Virus record (IMG/VR): IMGVR_UViG_3300027708_000024 | Source: a virus | Strand: one strand, 5' to 3' | DNA length: 64,000 nt | Part shown: one piece after another, positions 30,049 to 39,340 of the stretch | Numbering within the stretch: position 1 is the stretch's first letter | Layout of the letters: each line of letters begins with the position of its first letter | Notes under the pieces: model-generated | What the model saw: the letters and a program-made list of their open reading frames with translations, nothing else | Told to the model about the DNA's origin: nothing | The model's database searches: none | Position numbers and translations under genes: made by a program

Positions 30049-30636
30049 ATGAGTAGTCTTATTTTAACTTCAGAAGCATTAGCAGGAAGTCCTTCAGTTG
30101 GACAAATAGAATATAACGGTCAGTTTTATGGAACTGACAGCAACTCTGCTAGAGCGCAGATGCAGAGAATTACTTTAAGAACTGTTCAAGCAACTACATC
30201 AGGAACAGGACCATTTACTTTTACTGGAATACCTGCTTGGGTTAAGAGAATTACTGTGCAGTTTAGCGGCGTTTCAGCAAGCGCAAGCAATCTAGGAGTT
30301 CAAATTGGATCAGGTTCGTACAGTACGTCTGGATATGTGGGCGGCGGTGTTATTCTTAACTCTAGTGGAAATACATTAGTGTCAACTGGAAATCAACTTG
30401 GTTTTTACGGAAGTGTTACTTTATCAACAGGTACAAACAGCGGGATTATTGTACTAACAAATATAACTGGAAATACTTGGGTGGGAACAGTAAATGCAAG
30501 TAGATCAGATGGAGTATCATTAGTACATAACGCAACTATTACACTTGGTGGCGTTTTGGATAGACTTCAAGTTACTACTTTTACTGGCACGGCGACTTTT
30601 TCTGCTGGGCAAATCAATATTTTATGTGAGGGTTAA
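30049..30636 (+). CDS. Putative fibre tip / receptor-binding module
   Basis: G/S/T-rich beta protein, FTGIPAWVKRITVQFSGVS, LDRLQVTT. Confidence 0.6.
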   Translation: MSSLILTSEALAGSPSVGQIEYNGQFYGTDSNSARAQMQRITLRTVQATTSGTGPFTFTGIPAWVKRITVQFSGVSASASNLGVQIGSGSYSTSGYVGGGVILNSSGNTLVSTGNQLGFYGSVTLSTGTNSGIIVLTNITGNTWVGTVNASRSDGVSLVHNATITLGGVLDRLQVTTFTGTATFSAGQINILCEG

Positions 30637-30638
30637 AC

Positions 30639-31055
30639 ATGGCAGGCACATTAGTAGTAGATACAATACAAAGTGGTGCGAGTCTTACACCACCAACTAT
30701 CACAGATAGTGCAGGAACACAAATTGGTACGTTGTGCAGAGCGTGGGTAAACTTTGGTTATGTATCTTCCGCCATAACTGTTCGTGCCTCATTTAATGTG
30801 GCTAGTGTCACAAGAAGTGCGGTTGGCACTTATTTAATTACCTTTACTAATGCAATGCCAGATGCAAACTATTCTGTTTGTTTTGGAAATGTAAGTTCTG
30901 GCGCAACTAACTTAACTATCACTACTGTTTTGCAAGGTGTATATACCACAGGTGCTACAGCCAAAACAGCGGCATCAGTAGGCATTTATACTGGATCATC
31001 AGCGGCGGCTTCTATTGTTGATGTAGCCGATGTTTCAGTCAATATTTTTCGATAA
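30639..31055 (+). CDS. Putative fibre tip module (CRAWVNF type)
   Basis: LCRAWVNF..IxVRASFNVASV..GTYLITFTNAMPDANY. Confidence 0.6.
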   Translation: MAGTLVVDTIQSGASLTPPTITDSAGTQIGTLCRAWVNFGYVSSAITVRASFNVASVTRSAVGTYLITFTNAMPDANYSVCFGNVSSGATNLTITTVLQGVYTTGATAKTAASVGIYTGSSAAASIVDVADVSVNIFR

Positions 31056-31064
31056 GAGGACAAA

Positions 31065-31469
31065 ATGAAAGTAATTATTTTTACAAACGACAACGGTGGT
31101 GTATCTGTCTGTACTCCATCAGGTGAAGTAGATATTGCAACTGTTAAAGCAAAAGATACACCAGCAGGTTCTATTATCGTTGATGCATCGACTCTTCCAA
31201 ACGCAGACAATGATTTCTTTGATGCATGGGAACTGAGTGGTGAAACAGTATCAGTCAACATCAACAAAGCAAAAAATATCACAAAGAACAGACTTCGTGC
31301 TGAACGTGAACCATTATTGGCAGCACAAGATGTATTGTTTCAACGTGCATTGGAAACTAATTCAGATACAACTTCAATCGTTGCAGAGAAAAACAGATTA
31401 CGTGATATCACAAAACTTGTTGATACATGTACTACAACAGAACAACTGAGAGGTCTAAAATGTCAATGA
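31065..31469 (+). CDS. Putative tail fibre assembly chaperone
   Basis: Charged 134 aa; RLRAEREPLLAAQDV..KNRLRDIT resembles phage fibre-assembly proteins. Confidence 0.55.
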   Translation: MKVIIFTNDNGGVSVCTPSGEVDIATVKAKDTPAGSIIVDASTLPNADNDFFDAWELSGETVSVNINKAKNITKNRLRAEREPLLAAQDVLFQRALETNSDTTSIVAEKNRLRDITKLVDTCTTTEQLRGLKCQ

Positions 31470-31948
31470 TTTTAGATGGTAGTGCAGGAGTTACATTTAA
31501 CAATGCCACATCACAAAATAGTGGTGGTGTAGCACTGCAAGTTGTAACTAGTAATACTAAAACTCAAATTTCAACAACCAGTGCTACTTATGTAAATACT
31601 CCATTATCACTTTCTATTACGCCATTATTTTCTACCAGCAAAATTTTAATAATGGTGAGTGGTCAAATGTTTGGGGGCGCGGACAATGCCACCATGGGTG
31701 CGTTGGGCATTACAAGAAATTCAACACTTATCTTTGATGACCAAAGAGCACTTATGGATAGTGTAAATGCTATTGTAGGTATTGGTTATAGAACTAATAT
31801 TATTTATTTAGATTATCCTTCAACAACAAGCGCAACAACTTATACTGTACAACTAGCTAGATCAGCTACAGCAGGAACAAGTTATCCGATTTACTTTACT
31901 TATGGTGTCAATTCCATTTCAACAATTATTTTGATGGAGATTGCATGA
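31460..31948 (+). CDS. Putative fibre tip module
   Basis: Start moved to ATG 31460 (SD GAGAGG); LQVV..ITPLFSTSKILI..SATTYTVQ..ILMEIA. Confidence 0.6.
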   Translation: MSMILDGSAGVTFNNATSQNSGGVALQVVTSNTKTQISTTSATYVNTPLSLSITPLFSTSKILIMVSGQMFGGADNATMGALGITRNSTLIFDDQRALMDSVNAIVGIGYRTNIIYLDYPSTTSATTYTVQLARSATAGTSYPIYFTYGVNSISTIILMEIA

Positions 31949-32196
31949 TGATTACTTTACATGACGCTATTTTTGCACTTAATTTACCTATTGTAACTAT
32001 TCGTGGTGATGTTGCATATGACTCCAATGAACAAGAAGTAGTCTACGACATGGCACAAGCAAAAGTTAAACTTGCAGAAATGATTGCAGAAGAAACTGCT
32101 AAACAAGAAGCACAAGCAACAGTTAAAGAATCAGCAATAGCTAAACTGGCTAAACTTGGCTTAACTGAAGATGAAATTAAGGCACTTATAGGTTAA
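31945..32196 (+). CDS. Small helical protein, likely chaperone partner of the upstream gene
   Basis: SAIAKLAKLGLTEDEIKALIG end; ATGA overlap. Confidence 0.6.
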   Translation: MMITLHDAIFALNLPIVTIRGDVAYDSNEQEVVYDMAQAKVKLAEMIAEETAKQEAQATVKESAIAKLAKLGLTEDEIKALIG

Positions 32197-32238
32197 TATG
32201 ACTATTAAAATAATAGATATGTTCAAAGAAAGTAGACA

Positions 32239-32733
32239 ATGACAACCAAAATCTCAGGATCAGTATTAGCAAATACTGCGGTTACAGCAGGAGTATATGG
32301 CAACACAGCCATAATTCCAAACATTACTGTTGATGCACAAGGAAGATTAACTGCGGCAGCCAACGTCAATGTGTCATCTATGACAGTTGATGGCGTAAAC
32401 TCAATTGGGTATTTAAACGCACCACTCAATAGTCAATCTGCTGCATATACGACTGTATTATCCGATTCGGGTAAAATTATCTATCATCCATTAGGAGATA
32501 CACTAAGAACGTATACGATTGCCAACAATGCAACTGTAGCGTATGCTCTTGGTACAACATTGTCGTTTGTTAATATGGCAACTAGTGTGATAACTATTTC
32601 AATTGCAAATGATACGATGTATTTAGGAGGAACTGGTGCAACAGGCAATAGAACGCTGGCTCAATATGGCATGGCAACTGCTGTTAAACTGACTTCTACA
32701 ACGTGGTTAATTTCTGGAACAGGAATAACCTGA
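32239..32733 (+). CDS. Small tail-fibre module protein; N-terminus paralogous to 29594-30037
   Basis: MTTKISGSVLANTAVTAGVYGN..ITVDAQGRLTAAANV; RTLAQYGMATAVK..WLISG. Confidence 0.7.
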   Translation: MTTKISGSVLANTAVTAGVYGNTAIIPNITVDAQGRLTAAANVNVSSMTVDGVNSIGYLNAPLNSQSAAYTTVLSDSGKIIYHPLGDTLRTYTIANNATVAYALGTTLSFVNMATSVITISIANDTMYLGGTGATGNRTLAQYGMATAVKLTSTTWLISGTGIT

Positions 32734-34745
32734 TGTCCGCAATTATTAATTTGTTGTTAGCCGGCGCCGCAAAAGTAAAAGACGCCTATTTTAATTTGGT
32801 TATGTTGTTGTTGAATGCATCAACAACTACCGGCGTAACAAACAATACATTTCAAGATTCTTCAAGTAATAATTACTTAGTTACTCGAAACGGTAGTGCA
32901 ACGCAAGGAACATTTACACCGTTCAGTCCGACCGGGTGGAGTAATTACTTTGGTGGTAGTGGAAACTATGCTGTTAGTAGTGCTGCGGTTATTACTACCA
33001 CGACTACAACGTTTACTATAGAGGGGTGGATACATCCAACTGTTGCTGCGATATCTTCAGGTAATGTTCCTGCTATTATTGGAGATATGCAGCCTACAGG
33101 AGCAACAAATGCTTGGAGTTTTGGTACATTAGCTTCAGGTGCCGTTGCTTTTTATTGGTATGATGGAGCAGCAAAAACAGCAATAACTAATGGAACAGTA
33201 TCACTAAATCAATGGTCACATATTGCTATTTCAGTTAATGCAAATGCAATTTCTATTTTTATAAATGGTACTTTGCAAACATTAACAGGAACAACAACAT
33301 TAACAAATAGAAATCAAACCACAAGCACAGTTGCTTTTGGTCAATGGAATAGCGGTACTACTAGTTTATATACCGGTTATATTTCTAATTTTAGCGTGTT
33401 GTCGGGAACAGCTAAATATAGTGTTGCTTTTACTCCAACAATATTACCACTTTCAACATCAACAACAAATCAAACACTATTATTTGCTTCGGGAAATAAC
33501 TTTTCTGATTTAAATACTGCAACAACAGCAAAAACATTTACAATAACAGGTACAACTGCATATGTTCAAGCCTTCTCTCCATTTGCACCAACAAGTGATT
33601 ATAGCACTAGTTTAGTTGGTGGTAGTGGATATTTTGCCAGTGCAACTTCAGATTATTTAACCGTTTCTAATGCCGTACCATTGCAATTCGGGACTGGGAG
33701 TTATGCAATCAGTTGTTGGGTATATAGATCGGTAGCTGGTGTTGTTCATGCTATTGCAGGTAAAGGAGCATCAGGTGTTGGATGGACATTCCAAATAAAT
33801 GCTTCAAATCAATTGGTTTTTATTGATACTGGCACAACACTTCTTACATCAACAATAACAATACCTTCTGGAGTATGGACATATGTCTCGGTGCGTCGGG
33901 ATACTACTGGTGCAGTTGCTCTGTATGTAAATGGTAATATATCTGGAAGCTCTACATCTTCTACCGATTTTAATCAAACGAATACACTGGTTATTGGTGC
34001 AGACAGAACTTCTGCCAATTTTTTCAATGGATTTATAGCAGGATTTGAATATATAAAAGGTCAAACGGATATCAATGGATCAACCATTAATGTTCCTACA
34101 TTACCACCAACAACATCTAATAGTCCATCATTACTACTCAATTTTACTAACTTTGGTATCTATGATGCTACTTCTAGAAATAATTTTATAACTACTGGTA
34201 CTGCACAATCAAGCACAACTCAGTCTCAATTTGGTGGAAGCGCAATATATTTTGATGGTGGTAGTCAGTTAAGTTATCTATATAGAACACCATTTGATAC
34301 AGACATATCTCAACTATCGGCATTCACAGTTGAATGTTGGGTTTACTTAACTTCAATTGCAGCCAGTGGTGGAATGGCAATTATAGGTACTAGAGGAACT
34401 GGTGCTGCAGGATTTGAATTTCGAGTTCAAGCCGCCACTGGTGCTTTACAATTTTATAATACAGGCGGCGCAACTCTTACTACCACTTCAACTTTAACAG
34501 TAGGAACTTGGTACTATATTGCTGCTGTAAAAAATGCAGGTGTTGTAACTATGTATATTAATGGCGTTGATGCTGGAGGGAGCGGTGCAATCGGTGCAGC
34601 TACGGCTTCTGGATTCCCATTATATATTGGTGCTGGCAATAGAGCTGCCTCTTATTTTCCCGGATACATTGATGAACTTCGCATCACACGAAATGTTGCA
34701 AGAGATGTTACTACTGTACCAATCGCACCTTTCCCAACTCAATAG
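32733..34745 (+). CDS. Concanavalin A-like / LamG-domain virion protein (three lectin-like repeats)
   Basis: FTIEGWI..WSHIAI..GYISNF; ISCWVY..WTYVSV; FTVECWVY..WYYIAAV..GYIDELRIT; start at ATG overlapping the previous TGA. Confidence 0.8.
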   Translation: MSAIINLLLAGAAKVKDAYFNLVMLLLNASTTTGVTNNTFQDSSSNNYLVTRNGSATQGTFTPFSPTGWSNYFGGSGNYAVSSAAVITTTTTTFTIEGWIHPTVAAISSGNVPAIIGDMQPTGATNAWSFGTLASGAVAFYWYDGAAKTAITNGTVSLNQWSHIAISVNANAISIFINGTLQTLTGTTTLTNRNQTTSTVAFGQWNSGTTSLYTGYISNFSVLSGTAKYSVAFTPTILPLSTSTTNQTLLFASGNNFSDLNTATTAKTFTITGTTAYVQAFSPFAPTSDYSTSLVGGSGYFASATSDYLTVSNAVPLQFGTGSYAISCWVYRSVAGVVHAIAGKGASGVGWTFQINASNQLVFIDTGTTLLTSTITIPSGVWTYVSVRRDTTGAVALYVNGNISGSSTSSTDFNQTNTLVIGADRTSANFFNGFIAGFEYIKGQTDINGSTINVPTLPPTTSNSPSLLLNFTNFGIYDATSRNNFITTGTAQSSTTQSQFGGSAIYFDGGSQLSYLYRTPFDTDISQLSAFTVECWVYLTSIAASGGMAIIGTRGTGAAGFEFRVQAATGALQFYNTGGATLTTTSTLTVGTWYYIAAVKNAGVVTMYINGVDAGGSGAIGAATASGFPLYIGAGNRAASYFPGYIDELRITRNVARDVTTVPIAPFPTQ

Positions 34746-34752
34746 GTGATAT

Positions 34753-34995
34753 ATGCTTTATTCTAAAAATGGTTCAATACCACAAATTCAAACTGATGAG
34801 TCAGATGGATGGATTGAAGTTCCAGATCAACCCGACTGCCCTGAAGGAAAAGAAGTTGTTTGGTGGTATCCACCAGGGTGGGTTATTCGTGATATACAAC
34901 CAGAAGGTGATTGGAGTTGGAGCCAATCACAAGAACGATGGATTGAGGTTATAGCAGAGCAAAACGATAATAGTCAGACAGACAATCAAAACTAA
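34753..34995 (+). CDS. Small acidic Trp/Pro-rich protein
   Basis: 80 aa, follows the LamG gene; P...W.W.....W end typical of fibre-associated small proteins. Confidence 0.6.
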   Translation: MLYSKNGSIPQIQTDESDGWIEVPDQPDCPEGKEVVWWYPPGWVIRDIQPEGDWSWSQSQERWIEVIAEQNDNSQTDNQN

Positions 34996-35022
34996 ATACT
35001 ATGAAATTCTAGGAGAATTAAA

Positions 35023-35370
35023 ATTAGTGCCGGATATCAAGAATTATATGTAGAGCAAGGTGCATCATTTGCAACAACAATCACTATCAATGATGTGGTT
35101 GGTTTGTCATATAACCTCTACAACTTTAATATTTCTAGTCAAATAAAAAAATCATATTATACATCTAATGTGACCGCATCATTTTATGCATTTGCATCCG
35201 ATGCAGCAAATGGTGTAATTACATTGTCATTAGATGCACCAACAACTGCAAACATTTATCCAGGTCGATATGTATATGATCTGAAAATAATTTCGACCGA
35301 TGATGGTGCAAATAATACATTCCGTGTTCTAGAAGGAATTGTAAATTTAGCACCTCAAGTTACAAGATAA
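35023..35370 (+). CDS. Conserved small virion protein; probable ATT start
   Basis: SD AGGAG at 35011-35015, ATT at 35023, then SAGYQELYVEQGASF..GRYVYDL..RVLEGIV..PQVTR; in-frame TGA at 35002. Confidence 0.65.
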   Translation: MSAGYQELYVEQGASFATTITINDVVGLSYNLYNFNISSQIKKSYYTSNVTASFYAFASDAANGVITLSLDAPTTANIYPGRYVYDLKIISTDDGANNTFRVLEGIVNLAPQVTR

Positions 35371-35374
35371 TTTT

Positions 35375-35382
35375 TATAAATA
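35375..35382 (+). promoter_or_regulatory. T4 late promoter TATAAATA
   Basis: Exact consensus, intergenic. Confidence 0.8.
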
Positions 35383-35438
35383 GAGAAATAAATTAAAAAT
35401 TTATCTAAGTCTAAGAATAATAAAAAAAGGACTAAAAA

Positions 35439-36059
35439 ATGCCAACAATTGGTAGTATTACAGTTCGCCAATCAGGTTATGTAGGAGTTCGGGTAGGAAA
35501 CGCCACCGGCGTGTCACAAACCATCATCAATCAAATCAACAACATATATCAAGAAGCAAATAACGCATACGAACAAGCAAATGCAGCGTTGATTCTTGCA
35601 CAGGCATCATATGATTATGCAAACACAATAAGTGCTGGTGGAGGTGGTGGTCCGGATCAATACGCAAGAGATACCGCAAACACAGCATTAATTATTGGTC
35701 AATCTTCATATAACTATGCAAACACAATTGGTGCAGGTACTATTGACCAAACAGCAAGAAATGCAGCAAACGCATCATTTCAAAAAGCAAATACAGGAAG
35801 TCTTACTGCCAATAGTGCATTTAATAAAGCAAATTCAGGATATATTCTTGCTCAAGCATCATTTAATTATGGAAATACAGTAGGAATTACAGCACAAGCA
35901 GCATTTAACTATGCAAATACAATAGGAATTATTGCTCAAGCAGCATTCAATACAGCAAATAATAAAGTAGCAAAATCTGGAGATACCATGTCAGGCACAT
36001 TGACAGTAACAAGACCTTCACAAGTAGTTGCAACAATTGATGGTGGTGAGTTTTCATAA
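35439..36059 (+). CDS. Short fibre protein with AxxAF/YxxAN coiled-coil repeats, ending in DGGEF
   Basis: Repeats AQAAFNYANT; KSGDTMSG motif. Confidence 0.7.
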   Translation: MPTIGSITVRQSGYVGVRVGNATGVSQTIINQINNIYQEANNAYEQANAALILAQASYDYANTISAGGGGGPDQYARDTANTALIIGQSSYNYANTIGAGTIDQTARNAANASFQKANTGSLTANSAFNKANSGYILAQASFNYGNTVGITAQAAFNYANTIGIIAQAAFNTANNKVAKSGDTMSGTLTVTRPSQVVATIDGGEFS

Positions 36060-36060
36060 T

Positions 36061-36068
36061 TATAAATA
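36061..36068 (+). promoter_or_regulatory. T4 late promoter TATAAATA
   Basis: Exact consensus, intergenic. Confidence 0.8.
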
Positions 36069-36128
36069 GAGAAATGAACACGTAGTAAATTCAAAATCGA
36101 ATAACAATAATAATAAAGGATTAAAAAC

Positions 36129-38498
36129 ATGGCATCTAATACACAAATTCTTATCAAAAGAAGTTCGGCTAATACCAAGCCAACCGACGGAACAATAAAG
36201 GCAGGTGAATTAGCATATTCGTACTTATCGAATACTCTGTTTATTGGTACCAATGATGGTGCCAGCACACTAGAGATCGGTGCATGGTCTAACCTTGCTA
36301 ATCTATCAAATGGTACATACGGTAGCACTACAGCAGTTCCAGTTATTACTGTTGATCAACACGGTAAAGTAACTAACGTATATACACAAGCAATCGCAAC
36401 ATCATTTAATATCTCTGATGGTACTCATAGTAACACAGTTGCTGGTGGAACTACACTAACATTCTCTGCAAACAACAACTTTGGTATTAAAACATATGTT
36501 GATGCTAATACAGAAACAGTTTACATTGGTCTAGATAACACAAGAGTTATTCTTGCAAACACAACTGCAAATCAAACAATTGATGGTGTATTGAATATCT
36601 CTGGTAACTTGAATGTTACAGGTAATATTGCTTACACTGATGTAGAGACAATCGTTTCACAAAATTCGTTAATCAAATTAGCAAACAACAATGTTCTTTC
36701 TGATGTTGTTGATATTGGTTTCTACGGACAATCAAACAACGGTACAGGAATTACCTACACTGGTTTGTTCCGTCATGCTGGTGACAGTGGTAAAGACTAC
36801 TACTTGTTTGATAATTACACAAAAGAAGATCCAGATACAACCTTTGTAATCGATCCAACAGATGCAAGTTTCAAAGTATCGACATTACACGCTAATCTAG
36901 TTTCGCAAAATGTACAGTCAACTAGATTCTTAGCAGGCGAAAGTGTTGATACAACTGGTGGATATGGATTCTACCAAGATAGCTCACAAGACACTGGAAT
37001 GTATAGCAGTGGCAATGGTAACTTAGAATTCAAATCAAATGGTTCTAACAACTTCACAATTACATCTAGTTCATTCACACATCAAACTGACGTAACACTG
37101 CAATATGGTGCTACATTAGGCGACAATAGTTATAATGCTGTATACTTTGGTTTAGATGCAGGTACCACTGGTAATAACACAGTATCGATTGGTAGTGCGG
37201 CAGGACAAACATCGCAAGGTAGTGGCTCTGTTGCAGTTGGTCATGGTGCTGGTAATGCATCGCAAGGTTCACTCTCTGTTGCAGTTGGTGTACATGCTGG
37301 TGAACAAACTCAACAACAAGGTGCAACTGCTGTTGGTCACTCCGCTGGTCAAGTAAGTCAACAAACTAACGCAACCGCAGTTGGTAATCTTGCTGGTAAG
37401 TATACTCAAGGTACTAGAGCAGTCGCAGTTGGTTATCGTGCAGGTTATGGTGATAACACATCACAAGGTGCTAATTCAGTTGCAATTGGTGCTCTTGCTG
37501 GTTATAGTTCACAAGCAGCACATAGTATTGCAATCAATGGTTCTGGTGTTGAATTAAATCCTTCCGAAGCAGGTTTCTATGTAGACCCAATTCGTGCTAA
37601 CAATGCAGTTGGTGGTTACGTTACTGCATACAATACAACAACTAAAGAACTCGTTTCTACTGATGTTGCAATCGACAATGGTGGTATTACACTTGCCAAC
37701 GGTACAGTAATCTCTGACACTACATCCGGTGGATTGTATGTTGATTCGTTGAATTATGGTGAAACAAGTAATGTCGTATTCTATAATGTTGCAACAAAAG
37801 AAGTAACATTTGGTACTATGGCAGATTTACGTCCAGATAGAATCGCAAATGGTTCTTTCAGTTGGACAGTTAGTGGTGCTGATGGCCATCTGTATACGGC
37901 ACGTGGTACACAAATTGCTGACTCAGCAAACAGTGTTGTTATTGGTCAGAATGTTGATGTAACTAATAATAACCCAGGACGTGTTGCAGTTGGTGAATAT
38001 GCTGGTGCCACAAGTCAAGGACAACACGGTATTGCAATTGGTTCTTATGCTGGTAATGACACTCAATCATATGCTTCAATTGCTATTGGTGAAGAAGCAG
38101 GCAAAATAACACAAGGATACAGTGCAATTGCTTTGGGTCGTTCTGCTGCTGAAACAAATCAAGGTAATGACTCTATCGCAATTGGTCGTTATGCTGGTGC
38201 AAATAACCAAAGTAATCATGCAGTTGCATTAGGTCACTATGCTGGTAGAGGAACAACAACTGGTCAAGGTGAATACTCTGTAGCAATTGGTGCCTTTGCT
38301 GGTCAACAGTCTCAAGTTGGTTACTCTATTGCTATTAATGCATCTGGTAATGCATTGAATCCTCTATATGCTGGATTGTATATTGATCCAATTAGATATA
38401 CAGCAGCACAAGATGCAACATATGATGGTATCGCATTCTACAATGCAAGCACCAAAGAAGTTAGATACTCATATGTGTTAGATGGTGGTTCATTCTAA
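36129..38498 (+). CDS. Tail fibre/adhesin with YadA-head-like repeats
   Basis: N-terminal ILIKRS..GELAYSY domain; two blocks of 15-aa Q...SVAVGxxAG repeats; ends LDGGSF. Confidence 0.75.
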   Translation: MASNTQILIKRSSANTKPTDGTIKAGELAYSYLSNTLFIGTNDGASTLEIGAWSNLANLSNGTYGSTTAVPVITVDQHGKVTNVYTQAIATSFNISDGTHSNTVAGGTTLTFSANNNFGIKTYVDANTETVYIGLDNTRVILANTTANQTIDGVLNISGNLNVTGNIAYTDVETIVSQNSLIKLANNNVLSDVVDIGFYGQSNNGTGITYTGLFRHAGDSGKDYYLFDNYTKEDPDTTFVIDPTDASFKVSTLHANLVSQNVQSTRFLAGESVDTTGGYGFYQDSSQDTGMYSSGNGNLEFKSNGSNNFTITSSSFTHQTDVTLQYGATLGDNSYNAVYFGLDAGTTGNNTVSIGSAAGQTSQGSGSVAVGHGAGNASQGSLSVAVGVHAGEQTQQQGATAVGHSAGQVSQQTNATAVGNLAGKYTQGTRAVAVGYRAGYGDNTSQGANSVAIGALAGYSSQAAHSIAINGSGVELNPSEAGFYVDPIRANNAVGGYVTAYNTTTKELVSTDVAIDNGGITLANGTVISDTTSGGLYVDSLNYGETSNVVFYNVATKEVTFGTMADLRPDRIANGSFSWTVSGADGHLYTARGTQIADSANSVVIGQNVDVTNNNPGRVAVGEYAGATSQGQHGIAIGSYAGNDTQSYASIAIGEEAGKITQGYSAIALGRSAAETNQGNDSIAIGRYAGANNQSNHAVALGHYAGRGTTTGQGEYSVAIGAFAGQQSQVGYSIAINASGNALNPLYAGLYIDPIRYTAAQDATYDGIAFYNASTKEVRYSYVLDGGSF

Positions 38499-38519
38499 TT
38501 GTAAGTAGTAAGTAAAAAA

Positions 38520-38553
38520 AGCACCGGTTATTAAGTTAGCCGGTGCTAGTTTT
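38520..38553 (+). terminator. Intrinsic terminator, possibly bidirectional
   Basis: AGCACCGGTTA/TAGCCGGTGCT stem, preceded by an A run and followed by AGTTTTG. Confidence 0.7.
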
Positions 38554-38620
38554 GCGTAAAAAGTAGTGCAAAATTCGTTGTCTATATACTATGTAATTGT
38601 TTATTAATAGGAGAATTGAT

Positions 38621-39337
38621 ATGAGTCAAGAAAAATATGTAGGTCATTATGTCGAAATTTTAAAAAATCAATTAAATGAAACTTCTTTAAAAAATGTTTC
38701 ATTGCAGGCAAATCTAAAAACATACGAAGAAATTGTTTTGGATTTAACAAATGCCAATAAACTTTTAAGTGAACAAAACGAATCAGCAAAACAAGAAGGA
38801 ATGGATGCCGTAGGACAAGAATTACAACAAAAAATAAATGAAATTGAAAATTTAAAAAAGCAAGTTAATGACGCACGAGCGGATGAGCAAAGAAAAAAAG
38901 TAGATGAAATTAATACATTGAAGGCTAGAGTAAACGATTTGCAAAGCAAAGCAAGTGAAGGTGCAAGATCAATTTCCGAAATGGAAAAATTAAAAGATCA
39001 AGTATCGCATTTGAATACTTTCAGAAATCAGTTAATTCAGGCACAAGCAGAGTTAAGTAATAAAGAAACAATTATTAATTCATTGAATGAAACTATTCTT
39101 ACTCTAAATCAGAATATTAATGCATTAACTGGTAATAATAATGATTTATCTGCACAAGTAGAAAACTTATCAAAAATTGTTGAAAATTTAAGTTCAAATA
39201 TAGAAGAAATTTCCACTCCGACTAAACGTAAAACCAAAAAGGCGCAAAGTATACCGGTAGAAGCACCGATTAAACAATCTGTGCAACAAGAGGAAACTAA
39301 GCAATTAGCAACGTTAGAGGACGGCGGAAGTTTCTAA
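38621..39337 (+). CDS. Coiled-coil protein ending in DGGSF
   Basis: Start moved to ATG 38621 (SD AGGAG); heptad L/I/N/E/K/Q pattern. Confidence 0.7.
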   Translation: MSQEKYVGHYVEILKNQLNETSLKNVSLQANLKTYEEIVLDLTNANKLLSEQNESAKQEGMDAVGQELQQKINEIENLKKQVNDARADEQRKKVDEINTLKARVNDLQSKASEGARSISEMEKLKDQVSHLNTFRNQLIQAQAELSNKETIINSLNETILTLNQNINALTGNNNDLSAQVENLSKIVENLSSNIEEISTPTKRKTKKAQSIPVEAPIKQSVQQEETKQLATLEDGGSF

Positions 39338-39340
39338 TAA

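Noticed and set aside
29594-34995. Diversity-generating retroelement or invertible shufflon acting on fibre tips
   Set aside because: No reverse transcriptase or recombinase in the window, no repeat pair differing only at adenines noticed, all genes on the same strand
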